Made by a program: the position numbers and the translations under genes. From positions 1-40,583 of the IMG/VR virus record IMGVR_UViG_3300031673_000176: DNA of 40,583 nucleotides. One strand, 5' to 3'. How positions within the stretch are numbered: the first letter of the stretch is position 1; each line of letters starts with the position of its first letter. Shown here piece after piece: positions 1-8,605 of the stretch. Origin of the DNA: a virus. Lineage: Duplodnaviria; Caudoviricetes. The notes below the pieces were generated by a model. That model worked only from the letters and a program-made list of their open reading frames with translations, was not told where the DNA came from and did no database searches.

Positions 1-18
1 GAGCCCGCGAAGCGGCTC

Positions 19-219
19 ATGACGATCGAAGAGGTGGTAGATTTCTGTGTGGACACGCCGTTAATTGTCGTGCGCTACAATGGCCGCGAGTGGATGCCTC
101 CCGAGGATTTTTCTTTTTCCGATGACCCCATAAACTACGAGTGGACTACCGCCGACATCCACGGTCGCATAATCGATGGGCCGCACAAGTTCGAGGTGGA
201 AGACGAAGGAGTTGAATGA
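19..219 (+). CDS. hypothetical phage protein (may extend upstream of the window)
   Basis: 66-aa acidic ORF overlapping the start of the next gene; no recognisable motif. Confidence 0.5.
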   Translation: MTIEEVVDFCVDTPLIVVRYNGREWMPPEDFSFSDDPINYEWTTADIHGRIIDGPHKFEVEDEGVE

Positions 220-518
220 TGAGCAAACGCGGAACTTATTATGTAGCGTATAATGATACCGAGAACGAATGGTGGGTGATGCGTCGCAACATCGGAGTTG
301 GAATGTGTATCAACAAGGAAAATTGTCAGGTGTTCGCCGACCGTCTCAACGCCCTTGAGCGCGACAACGCCAACCTGGACGCCGAGCTCACCGAGACGCT
401 AATGGCAGTTGCCGACCTCATGGACGAGAACGCCGACCTGCGCCTCAAGCTCGCGGAGTTCACGGCTGTTCGAGCAGTGAACAAGCCATTCATCCCACCG
501 AAGGAGGCTAAGACGTGA
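216..518 (+). CDS. hypothetical protein with C-terminal coiled coil
   Basis: AAGGAG RBS upstream; heptad-like LERDNANLDAELTETL...DENADLRLKL; coupled to both neighbours. Confidence 0.6.
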   Translation: MMSKRGTYYVAYNDTENEWWVMRRNIGVGMCINKENCQVFADRLNALERDNANLDAELTETLMAVADLMDENADLRLKLAEFTAVRAVNKPFIPPKEAKT

Positions 519-769
519 GGCATATCATTTCATGCCCATTACAAATTGGGTCAATTGTCCGAATGATCACCGAGATAGATAGACGTCCGAATCGGTACTG
601 GAACAACAAAAGGGATTTCGAGGTGTATACGATTATTGGCATCCTGCGAGACCCCGACGCACAGGGCGGCTGGATGGTTAAGGCGCAGAGTGAGACAGGA
701 CGACAGAACTCATGGATGTCTGTTAAGTGGTATATGGACAAGAGGGAGGCTGATCATGCAGGAAGCTAA
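515..769 (+). CDS. hypothetical protein
   Basis: AAGGAGG RBS then GTG overlapping the upstream stop (GTGA). Confidence 0.6.
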   Translation: MRHIISCPLQIGSIVRMITEIDRRPNRYWNNKRDFEVYTIIGILRDPDAQGGWMVKAQSETGRQNSWMSVKWYMDKREADHAGS

Positions 770-1046
770 AGGAAGATCATGGTGCCCTGAGTGTTACGCG
801 TTCGTTGACGAAAAAGAACACGATAGAGCCGCAAGGAACGCCGTCGCCGCCAAGCACGATGTGTGCGTGTGGCACAGAAAAACTGACACGGGAGGAGATC
901 CATACGGCCCGTGGATTACGTCCTGCGGTAACGAATGGGATCTACAGGGGCCGGAAGGGATCGGACCATTTGAGTATCCAGATGAATACGGTTTCGAGTT
1001 CTGTCCGTTTACCGGCTGCGGGCGCAAAATCGAGGCGAAAGAATGA
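756..1046 (+). CDS. small Cys-rich hypothetical phage protein
   Basis: GGGAGG RBS before ATG 756 (in frame with ORF 636..1046); CPEC, W-x-TSCG and FCPFTGCG motifs. Confidence 0.6.
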   Translation: MQEAKGRSWCPECYAFVDEKEHDRAARNAVAAKHDVCVWHRKTDTGGDPYGPWITSCGNEWDLQGPEGIGPFEYPDEYGFEFCPFTGCGRKIEAKE

Positions 1047-1774
1047 GAGTTGAACAGATAGGAGATGCAACGCTATATCTCGGAGACTGCCTTGAGATCC
1101 TGCCGACGCTCGGCAAGGTTGACGCGTGCGTGACTGACCCGCCGTATGGGTCAGGCCTCGCCATGGATTACGCTAAGCGATTCAAGGCAAAGGCGGGTCG
1201 ATGGTGGAGGAACACCGATCGATCAGACCAGGTGATACACGATGACATTGTAGGAGACGATACGCCATTCGATCCTTCGCCCATCCTCCGCCTCGGGGTT
1301 CCGACGATTCTATGGGGTGGTAATTGGTATGCGGCCCGCCTTCCGGACTCAGGCGGGTGGATAGTATGGGACAAACGAGGCGGCAAAAGGGACGTAACGG
1401 GAGCGGCATGGCCGATGTCGGAGGCTGAGCTGGCATGGTCAAATGTCGGTAAAGGTGTCCGAGTTATTAGGCATACATGGTTTGGATTGATTCGAGACAG
1501 CGAGCGCGGCGAGCATTATCACCCTACGCAGAAGCCAGTCGTAGTAATGACCCAGTGTATTGAATACTTCAAGAACGCGATTACCATCCTCGACCCCTAC
1601 ATGGGCTCCGGCACAACCGGCGTCGCCTGCTCCAACCTCGGCCGCAAGTTCATCGGCATCGAGATCGAGCCGAAATACTTTGACATCGCCTGCCGCCGCA
1701 TAGCCGACGCCTACAAGCAGCGCCGTCTATTCGACGACCCCAATCCGCAGCCGAAACAAGGAGAACTTATATGA
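1043..1774 (+). CDS. DNA N6-adenine/N4-cytosine methyltransferase, beta class
   Basis: GDCLE, catalytic TDPPY, HPTQKP and SAM-binding LDPYMGSGTTG followed by FIGIEI; catalytic motif precedes the SAM motif. Confidence 0.93.
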   Translation: MRVEQIGDATLYLGDCLEILPTLGKVDACVTDPPYGSGLAMDYAKRFKAKAGRWWRNTDRSDQVIHDDIVGDDTPFDPSPILRLGVPTILWGGNWYAARLPDSGGWIVWDKRGGKRDVTGAAWPMSEAELAWSNVGKGVRVIRHTWFGLIRDSERGEHYHPTQKPVVVMTQCIEYFKNAITILDPYMGSGTTGVACSNLGRKFIGIEIEPKYFDIACRRIADAYKQRRLFDDPNPQPKQGELI

Positions 1775-1890
1775 CCCGCAAAGCAATAATATCCCACGAA
1801 GGTTCGCTGACTAACGTGAACCCGAGAGTGTACGGAGGGTATGATGGGTTCGGGCTGTTCTACGATGAGGAGGAAAACGATGAGCGGTGA
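1771..1890 (+). CDS. possible 39-aa small ORF
   Basis: AAGGAG at ~1758, ATGA overlap with the MTase stop, open to TGA 1888-1890; below the ORF-track cutoff. Confidence 0.3.
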   Translation: MTRKAIISHEGSLTNVNPRVYGGYDGFGLFYDEEENDER

Positions 1891-2764
1891 AATGCGCGTT
1901 ATGACAGTCTGGGAAAAGCTCCGGGAGCCGTTTCCGCCGGAGGATATCGAGTGGAGGGCTCAGTCGAGCGGAATAGGCAAGAACGGCCAGCCGTGGATCA
2001 AAGTTCTGGCGTACGTCGACAATCGAGCCATACAGGAACGGCTCGATGAAGTGTTCGGCCCGGAGAACTGGCAGAACGAAATACGTATCGGCCAGGCGGG
2101 AACTTTGTGCCGGCTCGGAGTTCGGGTCGGAAGAGAGGCCGGAACGTTCGAATGGGTATGGAAAGAAGATGGAGCTCCGCCGACGGATTTCGAAGCGTTC
2201 AAAGGCGGAATCAGCGGAGCGATGAAGCGAGTCGCGTCTACCGGATTCGGTATCGGTCGGTATCTTTACCGGTTGCCTGAGGGATGGGCGAAAATAGTTT
2301 CGGAAAACGAAGAGGCTCGTTATAGAGACCGAGTTCTGGTTTCGGAAACTTCGAGGCTCGCGGAAGAGTATCGAAACAAGGTATGGAAAAAGGACGGCAA
2401 GCAGTACGTCACCGCGTACTGGAACGCGCCTCCTATACCGGCGTGGGCTCTTCCGTCCAAGACTCCGGGGCTTGTGGTGTTAACATCATCCGGTAACTGG
2501 AAATATCCTCCGCTCGAGCCACCAAAGATCGAAGAGCCATCTGTTTCCGAGCCCGACGGTGATTCGAGCGTGGGCGACCCGGAAGCTATCGCGAAGTTGC
2601 TCAGCGACATTCATGCGGAGCTGAAATGGAAAGAGGCGAACGGTGAAGTCACTCATTCGAAAGCGGCGAGCGTGTTCACCGAAGCCATGAAGATGGCGAT
2701 CGACGAGTCTGCTCTGTCGGCACTTCTCGCGAAGCTGAGAGGATCGAATGACTCTCAAGGCTAA
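1880..2764 (+). CDS. Rad52/Rad22-family (Sak-like) single-strand annealing protein
   Basis: LREPFPPEDIEWR, LAYVDNRAIQERLDEVFGPENW, KGGISGAMKR..GFGIGRYLY; GAGGAGG RBS before ATG 1880. Confidence 0.9.
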   Translation: MSGEMRVMTVWEKLREPFPPEDIEWRAQSSGIGKNGQPWIKVLAYVDNRAIQERLDEVFGPENWQNEIRIGQAGTLCRLGVRVGREAGTFEWVWKEDGAPPTDFEAFKGGISGAMKRVASTGFGIGRYLYRLPEGWAKIVSENEEARYRDRVLVSETSRLAEEYRNKVWKKDGKQYVTAYWNAPPIPAWALPSKTPGLVVLTSSGNWKYPPLEPPKIEEPSVSEPDGDSSVGDPEAIAKLLSDIHAELKWKEANGEVTHSKAASVFTEAMKMAIDESALSALLAKLRGSNDSQG

Positions 2765-3557
2765 GGTTCTCGCAGCAACGGGCGAGACAATCGTTCTGCT
2801 GCCGGCCGACGAAGATCAGATAGTGTCCGAAGCGTTCGGGTTGGAGGTTTCGTCGAAGGACCAGTGGAATGTCATATTCGAAGTTTCGCTCGAACCTTAC
2901 ACGGAACCGGGAACATACGATCAGCTGAAAGCGTTCTGGTCGATAGTGCGAATAATATGTTTGGAGGAATACAGAAAGTCGAACAAGAGGCTCATGGATG
3001 TCGTATACCGCGGGCTTCTCGAAGAGTACGGACCGGATGAAGAACTCGAGAGATACAAGTCCCGGGTGGTCGTATGGAAGCGAACGCTGTCGGAAATGAA
3101 CTGGACTGAACGATCTCAAATGATCGAAGGGGCTCTTGCCGAAGCGTCCGAAAGAGTCGGCGGAGATTTCAGTAGAGCAGCGCAGATTCGAAACTATATG
3201 ATCGAGTGGAAAAATTGGAGATATAGAGTAAAAGTGGACAGGCTCGATGAAACCTACAAAAGCATCGATGATTACAAGAGGAGAAATCCGTACTGTGAAG
3301 CAGAAGGATCATATCTTGGAATCGGCGGTCATATGGCGCACATCGTGAGCAGAGGTGCTTCTGGTTCGTTCGATCCGTGGAATCTACTGCATCTCGGAGA
3401 AAAGCCTCATCTCATGACTCAGCATGCGAAGGGATGGGTCGAGTTCCTTCGGCTGTATCCGCACCTGATGGGTAAAGTGAACGCGGCTCGAGAACGGTCC
3501 GGGAAAAAACCTCTCGATAGACCCGAGGCCCTACTGAAAGATTTGTGGGAAGAATGA
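2748..3557 (+). CDS. NinB-like recombination protein fused to a degenerate HNH-like C-terminal domain
   Basis: QLKAFW...TLSEMNWTERSQMIE resembles NinB/Orf; C-terminal PYCEAEG..HMAHIVSRGA..WNLLHL..H..QH resembles HNHc; lies between annealase and exonuclease. Confidence 0.55.
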   Translation: MTLKAKVLAATGETIVLLPADEDQIVSEAFGLEVSSKDQWNVIFEVSLEPYTEPGTYDQLKAFWSIVRIICLEEYRKSNKRLMDVVYRGLLEEYGPDEELERYKSRVVVWKRTLSEMNWTERSQMIEGALAEASERVGGDFSRAAQIRNYMIEWKNWRYRVKVDRLDETYKSIDDYKRRNPYCEAEGSYLGIGGHMAHIVSRGASGSFDPWNLLHLGEKPHLMTQHAKGWVEFLRLYPHLMGKVNAARERSGKKPLDRPEALLKDLWEE

Positions 3558-3623
3558 TCACGATGGCCGTCGGCCAAAAGTGACCGATATCGAAAATATA
3601 TTTGAGGACAGGAGAAAAAGAAT

Positions 3624-4604
3624 ATGTTGGCATGGATTGAGCATGACGGAAAGAAGTACACAGTAGACGAGGTGATGGAAGGCGCGTTGCTCGAGCACTA
3701 CCCCATGAATTACATGATGCTGGTTATCGACGAACGTCCGTGGAAAGGAAAACCGTCGGTTACTCAGTGCTTGAACGGAACGAGAATGGAATATCTGAAA
3801 GTTCTCACGCCGTGGGGCGTTGACCCGGATGACAGTGCGTTTCGCGTGATCGGGACGCGTGGTCACTCGGTTCTGGAAACGTTCGCTCCGATAGCCGATC
3901 TTTCCGAGCTGCCGGTCGAAGGAGAGGATTTGACTGGCAGAATGGATTTGCTCGAGCACGTCGGTGATGATCGCTACTGGATCACTGACACGAAAACGTG
4001 GGGGTCGTACCCAGTAGCGAAAGCTATCGGGCTCGTGAAGAAAACGAGGCCGGCGGTAGATGAGCACGGAAAACCTGTTTTGTACCAGAAGAGCGGAACG
4101 TGGGGCAAAGCTGGCGACCAGAAGAAAGAGACTTTCTGGGAAGTCGACCCATCGGCAGCTGATACAAAAGACGCGCAAATGCAGCTCAACGGTTACAGAG
4201 TGCTTCTCCAGGAAGCGTATGGGGTGAAAAGTGAAAAGCTGCGCGTGTTCGCAATCGTTCGAGATGGCAACACGGTTTCTGCGAAAGGAAGGGGACTCGA
4301 TCGCAATACGTATATGATCTGGATTCCGTTGCTCCCGGATTCAGATGTGGTGTCGTACTTCGAAAAAAAGTCTGGCGAACTTGTCCGGTCGATCGAAGCG
4401 GCTCAAGAGGATATGAAGTCGAGAGGAGACGCGGACCGAGATATGGTGATAAGAGACAACATGCCGGCGCCGTGTACTCCCGATGAAGCGTGGAACGGAA
4501 ACCGGTGCAAAGGATACTGCCCGGTCGCTATGTTTTGTGCTCAGCACGGAAATCCGTACATCACTCCACTTGACCTCGTTTCGGAAAGTGACAAGGAGGA
4601 ATAA
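3624..4604 (+). CDS. PD-(D/E)XK exonuclease, Cas4/RecB-like
   Basis: SVTQCL, GTRGHSVLE, GRMDLL, ITDTKT, QLNGY and C-terminal C..RCKGYCP..FC; AGGAG RBS. Confidence 0.85.
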   Translation: MLAWIEHDGKKYTVDEVMEGALLEHYPMNYMMLVIDERPWKGKPSVTQCLNGTRMEYLKVLTPWGVDPDDSAFRVIGTRGHSVLETFAPIADLSELPVEGEDLTGRMDLLEHVGDDRYWITDTKTWGSYPVAKAIGLVKKTRPAVDEHGKPVLYQKSGTWGKAGDQKKETFWEVDPSAADTKDAQMQLNGYRVLLQEAYGVKSEKLRVFAIVRDGNTVSAKGRGLDRNTYMIWIPLLPDSDVVSYFEKKSGELVRSIEAAQEDMKSRGDADRDMVIRDNMPAPCTPDEAWNGNRCKGYCPVAMFCAQHGNPYITPLDLVSESDKEE

Positions 4605-4819
4605 TGGCAAGTAAAGGTTTCGTTCCGGCAACTGCGCCGGGAGCTGTTCGGGTTTCTCAACATGGATCGAGCGTCGTTATCGTGATCCCAAAAAATGTGG
4701 CCGGTTCTGTCGGCTATGTTCCAAAAGAGACCCGGGTTACGATTAGCGCAGACTCGAAAGGGCGACTTCTCATAGAGCCGTATCCGGAGATTTCCGATGA
4801 AAGAACTGACTCTCAATAG
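4604..4819 (+). CDS. AbrB/MazE/SpoVT-like small DNA-binding protein
   Basis: VRVSQHGSSVVIVIPKNVA...VTISADSKGRLLIEP swapped-hairpin pattern; AAGGAGG RBS. Confidence 0.7.
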   Translation: MASKGFVPATAPGAVRVSQHGSSVVIVIPKNVAGSVGYVPKETRVTISADSKGRLLIEPYPEISDERTDSQ

Positions 4820-4828
4820 GCAAAGTCG

Positions 4829-4837
4829 TGGTATAAT
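4829..4837 (+). promoter_or_regulatory. extended -10 sigma70-type promoter for the replication operon
   Basis: TG-G-TATAAT, a perfect extended -10, in the only sizeable intergenic gap of the left arm. Confidence 0.7.
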
Positions 4838-4840
4838 TAT

Positions 4841-4975
4841 GTGCGCTCAGGCAGCTGGGCGCACTGTTCACTGGCACTGAGCAGACTTGCAAATCAGGAC
4901 TGAGAAAGGTCACGTTATACCGCGTTCCTGATTTCGCGGTTCCCATGCCAAAGGGACGTGACCTTTTTCATTTCA
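4841..4975 (+). ncRNA. putative structured cis-regulatory leader RNA of the initiator gene
   Basis: Stems 4841-4850/4855-4864, 4864-4870/4878-4884, 4891-4899/4926-4934, 4901-4915/4956-4970, 4941-4944/4953-4956; U-rich 3' end before the AGGAGGG RBS. Confidence 0.6.
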
Positions 4976-4990
4976 GCAGGAGGGAACGAC

Positions 4991-5716
4991 GTGAGCAGGT
5001 TCATAATCGAGCCGTGGGGGGCTCTTCCAAGGTCGGCCGTGAGAGATAAATCTCTCGGAGCGTCAGAGCTTCGGGTTCTCGCGGCGATATCAGCGTTTCA
5101 AGGGACGAATGAAAAAGCATGGCCGTCGATTCAAGACTTGTGTGAGTGGACCGAGTACGCAGAAACTACGATCAAGGCGTCTATTTCCATTCTGAAAAGA
5201 ACCGGTCATGTTGTGGTTCAGCGTCGATTCAACGCGACGAACGTCTATCGAATAACGTGGAATGCCGAAAATGTGCAATCCGTCGAACAGACACCACGTA
5301 GTGTCCCACAGACAGACACCACGGGGTGTCTCGCAGATAGTCACCACGGGGTGTCTACTACAACACCATATAAAACATCATCTACAACAAAAAGTCCTCA
5401 CCAGTCCGTAATCAAAGCATTTCACGACTTGTACGTCGAAAACTCGGAGGGTCACACGAAACCTACGTGGTCAGACATTCAGACGTCGGCAGTCAAAAGA
5501 CTTCTCAAGCACCATAGCGCCGAAGAAGTAGTCGAAGTGATCAAGAAGTATTTCGGAATTCCGTTCTGGTTCACGAAAGGAAAGACCTACTCGATTGTGA
5601 ACATGGCTCAGCACTACGACGACATAGCAAGCGCCGCGGGGCCTGGCTCAAAAAAGAACGAAGCGAAAGTCGATTCTGACATAGTTCGACAGCTGAAAGA
5701 GGCCGGAATTGCCTAA
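4991..5716 (+). CDS. phage replication initiator (N-terminal winged HTH, lambda O-like organisation)
   Basis: LGASELRVL..AWPSIQDLCEWT...IKASISILKRTGHV...TNVYRI HTH, S/T-rich linker with DNA repeats, helical C-domain; AGGAGGG RBS before GTG 4991; followed by a DnaC-like gene. Confidence 0.85.
   Translation: MSRFIIEPWGALPRSAVRDKSLGASELRVLAAISAFQGTNEKAWPSIQDLCEWTEYAETTIKASISILKRTGHVVVQRRFNATNVYRITWNAENVQSVEQTPRSVPQTDTTGCLADSHHGVSTTTPYKTSSTTKSPHQSVIKAFHDLYVENSEGHTKPTWSDIQTSAVKRLLKHHSAEEVVEVIKKYFGIPFWFTKGKTYSIVNMAQHYDDIASAAGPGSKKNEAKVDSDIVRQLKEAGIA
5288..5395 (+). repeat. replication-origin iterons inside the initiator gene
   Basis: CAGACACCACGTAGTGTC (5288), CAGACACCACGGGGTGTC (5313), TAGTCACCACGGGGTGTC (5338): 25-bp period, GACACC/GGTGTC dyad, followed by an A/C-rich, G-free tract. 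Confidence 0.8.
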
Positions 5717-6665
5717 GGAACCGACCGGTATAATATTCGGGCCCGGGCTGAATCAGAAAGAGTTCGACGAGATTTGCGAAGCAGAAATCGAGTACATGCT
5801 ATCGAAGTCGATGTCGATCGAAGTCGTCAAGCTCTATGAACTCGAATGGAAAGGCGGAAACTGCATATTCTGCGGAAAGCCATACAAAGAGCGGCAGGTG
5901 AAGCGATCAGTCGAAGAGAGAATGCCAAACGGTCAAAAAACCGGAAAGATGAAGATTCTCGCCGACTATGTAGATTTCACTCCGACGTGCGGATGCGTTG
6001 AAAAGTTGTGGAAGAAAACCAAAGAGGAAAAAGCGCTTGCGGCTGCTATGAACCGAGCGAGAGTTCCGGAGACCTATCGGAAGCACAACTTTGAAACATG
6101 GGATTCTGAGGCAGCTGGCGACGAGCTGTCGCGAAGTATGGCTCAAGTGAGAGAATATTCGGTTTCTCACTGGAGAGAGAACGGGCTACTTCTGTACGGA
6201 GGTACCGGAACCGGAAAGACTCGATCCGCGGTGTGCGCCATGAAAGTGATAATGCAAAGAGGGGTCGAAGGGCTTTTTTTGCCGGCGTCTGATCTTGTAG
6301 ACAGACTCATTTCTGACGGCCATGAGCTGAAGCAGCAAATAGTGAATGCTGAGATCGTGGTCATAGATGATCTGGACAAGCTGCGGTCGCTCGAGAATGA
6401 GTGGGTTAGAGAAAGTGCTTTCTCGCTGTTGGATACGATGACTCGAGAGGGAAAAGGGCTGCTCATCACGGCGAACTTTGACGGCGCCGAATCGGTATAC
6501 AAGACGTTTCCGCAAGCTCTTGCGTCGAGAATCATCGGCTATTGCAAAATGATCGAGTTCAAAGGCCGAGACTACAGGATAGTGGCGGCTGGAAGAAGAA
6601 ACGGCTCCGCGGCCGAACAACGCGGAAGGGAGAAGGAATGGAGTACACCTTCAATGCTCGGGTAA
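5709..6665 (+). CDS. DnaC/IstB-like AAA+ helicase loader
   Basis: Walker A GGTGTGKT, Walker B VVIDDL, LITAN, SRI..C..IEFKGRDYR; N-terminal CIFC..PTCGC. Confidence 0.9.
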   Translation: MPKEPTGIIFGPGLNQKEFDEICEAEIEYMLSKSMSIEVVKLYELEWKGGNCIFCGKPYKERQVKRSVEERMPNGQKTGKMKILADYVDFTPTCGCVEKLWKKTKEEKALAAAMNRARVPETYRKHNFETWDSEAAGDELSRSMAQVREYSVSHWRENGLLLYGGTGTGKTRSAVCAMKVIMQRGVEGLFLPASDLVDRLISDGHELKQQIVNAEIVVIDDLDKLRSLENEWVRESAFSLLDTMTREGKGLLITANFDGAESVYKTFPQALASRIIGYCKMIEFKGRDYRIVAAGRRNGSAAEQRGREKEWSTPSMLG

Positions 6666-7051
6666 CGGACGTTGCGGGGCGCGACCGCGTCACCGGAACT
6701 ATTCTGCAAATCAAGTCTAACGCGAAGCTATTCGAAATCGATAGCGACGCGCTCTTCAATTTTCTGCCGGTTAGCGAAATGACAGTGACCGTGAAAGTGG
6801 GGGAGAAGGACGTCACCGAAATCAAGCAGGCTACATTGCGACCGCTCAGAACGAGCAGGACGAAAGAAGGCCACTTCATGAACGTTCTGATTGAAGGTCC
6901 GCACGCGGACAAGTCGATGAAAGCAATGAGCTCTTTGCTTGGTCAGGAAGTGTCGATTCATTTCTACGTCGAAAACGACCCGGAGCTTTTCGATGAAGCG
7001 ACTGAAGAAACTCTTCAGGAAATACTCGAAGAGGAACGAGAGTCGGAGTAA
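6638..7051 (+). CDS. hypothetical protein
   Basis: GGGAGAAGG before ATG 6638; acidic C-terminal tail. Confidence 0.6.
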   Translation: MEYTFNARVTDVAGRDRVTGTILQIKSNAKLFEIDSDALFNFLPVSEMTVTVKVGEKDVTEIKQATLRPLRTSRTKEGHFMNVLIEGPHADKSMKAMSSLLGQEVSIHFYVENDPELFDEATEETLQEILEEERESE

Positions 7052-7120
7052 AATGGCAGTCGGCCGACGGCGAGTCCTATTCGCCGATCGGCTGCTTACG
7101 GCGGAAGAAAGGGGAAAACG

Positions 7121-7567
7121 ATGGCCGGAGATTTGAACGTTGTTACACTGGTTGGCCGAATGACAAGAGACGGAGAACTTGCCTATGTCGGAGGCGGAAC
7201 ACCTGTTTTGAAAGTGTCGATAGCAGTCAACCGAAGAAGAAAGGTCGGGGACAAATGGGAAGATGAAGTTCACTTTTTTGATTGTGAATACTGGGGCAAA
7301 GCCGCGGAGTCGATTCACCAGTATACGACGAAAGGAAAACAAGTCGGTATCCAAGGAGAGCTGCGGCAGGATCGATGGACCGACACCGACGGAAAAAATC
7401 GGTCGCGGGTGAAGGTCCATGTCAACGTGTTCCAGCTTTTCGGAGGCGGAAGCGGCTCAGGAAAGCCGTCAACCGGAAAGCCGCAAGACGAGTCCGAGCA
7501 GAGCCCGTCCGATTATGACAGTTACCCGTCGAACAAGGAGAGATTCAATGATGACGTTCCCTTCTGA
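7121..7567 (+). CDS. ssb: single-stranded DNA-binding protein
   Basis: LNVVTLVGRMTRD, SIAVNR, WGKAAE, KGKQVGIQGELRQDRW, acidic DDVPF tail. Confidence 0.97.
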   Translation: MAGDLNVVTLVGRMTRDGELAYVGGGTPVLKVSIAVNRRRKVGDKWEDEVHFFDCEYWGKAAESIHQYTTKGKQVGIQGELRQDRWTDTDGKNRSRVKVHVNVFQLFGGGSGSGKPSTGKPQDESEQSPSDYDSYPSNKERFNDDVPF

Positions 7568-8096
7568 TATTCCGTACCTTGCTGTCGACCCGGGGTGGAA
7601 TGATACCGGATGGTGTCTCTGGTGGAAGGGCCGTGTTCACTTGTCCGGGGAAATCAAAATATGGGGAAATGACGGAGACCGGTTGTACCGCCTATCCGCG
7701 TATATTCGTGCGATAGTCTCGAAAACATCCGCTCGATTTTGCGCGGTCGAACTTCCGCCGGTTGGCGCTAAGCATCGGGCAGTCAGAGAAGTAGCCGGCG
7801 CACGATATTCGGTTCTGATAGGGTGTCACGGCACCGCGTATTTCGACGTTCCGGTGCCGACGTGGAAATCAACATTCGGCCGAGATATTTCCGGACTGAA
7901 AGGGACCGACTCGAGGCAGTACCGGCAAAGAGTCGAAGAGATTTGCGGAGCGAAACCGTCGAGCGATAACGTTGCGGACGCTATGGCTATCGCGTGGTGC
8001 GTTGACAAGTGGCTGGCCGGGGATGTTCGCCTGGCTGGAGCGAAAGCATTCGTCGAAAAATTGGAGGAAGCGTGGCTGAAAAACGGAAAAAAGTAA
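7548..8096 (+). CDS. RuvC-like Holliday junction resolvase
   Basis: LAVDPG..TGW, CAVE, VPVPTWK, DNVADAMAIA acidic catalytic set. Confidence 0.85.
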   Translation: MMTFPSDIPYLAVDPGWNDTGWCLWWKGRVHLSGEIKIWGNDGDRLYRLSAYIRAIVSKTSARFCAVELPPVGAKHRAVREVAGARYSVLIGCHGTAYFDVPVPTWKSTFGRDISGLKGTDSRQYRQRVEEICGAKPSSDNVADAMAIAWCVDKWLAGDVRLAGAKAFVEKLEEAWLKNGKK

Positions 8097-8605
8097 TCAT
8101 CAGATGTGCCGGCGAGACGTTCGTCGACGTGCGGACTCTTGCTCCATTTCAGGATGATATCAAATCGCTCAGTGAATCCGGGTATCAGAAGCTGAAGGCG
8201 AGCATCGAAAAAAAAGGATGGATAGCTCCGATTTTTGTCTGGAAACAAGGCCCGAAGATCAACATCATTGACGGTCACCAGCGAGTATCGGCCGCGATGC
8301 GAATGATCGAGGAAGGATGGGAAATCCCTCCGGTTCCAGTGGTGAGCATAAAGGCCAAGAGCGTTACGGACGCGAAAGAAATACTTCTTGCGGTCACGAG
8401 TCGATACGGTGAGTTCGACTTCGGAGCGATGGCCAATTTCGTCGATGAGCTGGATATCGGGTTTCTGTCGGACATGATCAGTATCGAGGGATTCGATATC
8501 GAGCAAGTTCTGAACGCGCCGTATGAAGCGAAGGGAACCGTTACGGAGGAAACGGTCGACCCGACGGCAAAACATCATTGTCCGAGGTGCGATTATGAAT
8601 GGTGA
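8072..8605 (+). CDS. ParB/Srx N-terminal-domain protein with C-terminal CPxC
   Basis: LKASIEKKGWIAPIFV...IIDGHQRV; HHCPRCDYEW; GGAGG RBS before GTG 8072. Confidence 0.85.
   Translation: MAEKRKKVIIRCAGETFVDVRTLAPFQDDIKSLSESGYQKLKASIEKKGWIAPIFVWKQGPKINIIDGHQRVSAAMRMIEEGWEIPPVPVVSIKAKSVTDAKEILLAVTSRYGEFDFGAMANFVDELDIGFLSDMISIEGFDIEQVLNAPYEAKGTVTEETVDPTAKHHCPRCDYEW

Noticed and set aside
4604-4819. MazE-like antitoxin of a toxin-antitoxin pair
   Set aside because: No adjacent toxin gene; it is followed by a promoter and the initiator, so a stand-alone regulator is more likely
4841-4975. tRNA or known riboswitch in the multi-hairpin leader
   Set aside because: No T-loop/anticodon cloverleaf or recognisable aptamer consensus; kept only as an unclassified structured RNA
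5288-5355. Regularly spaced palindromic repeats near a Cas4-like gene as a mini CRISPR array
   Set aside because: Repeats are 18 bp with only 7-bp gaps, inside a coding gene, with no cas1/cas2; they fit iterons
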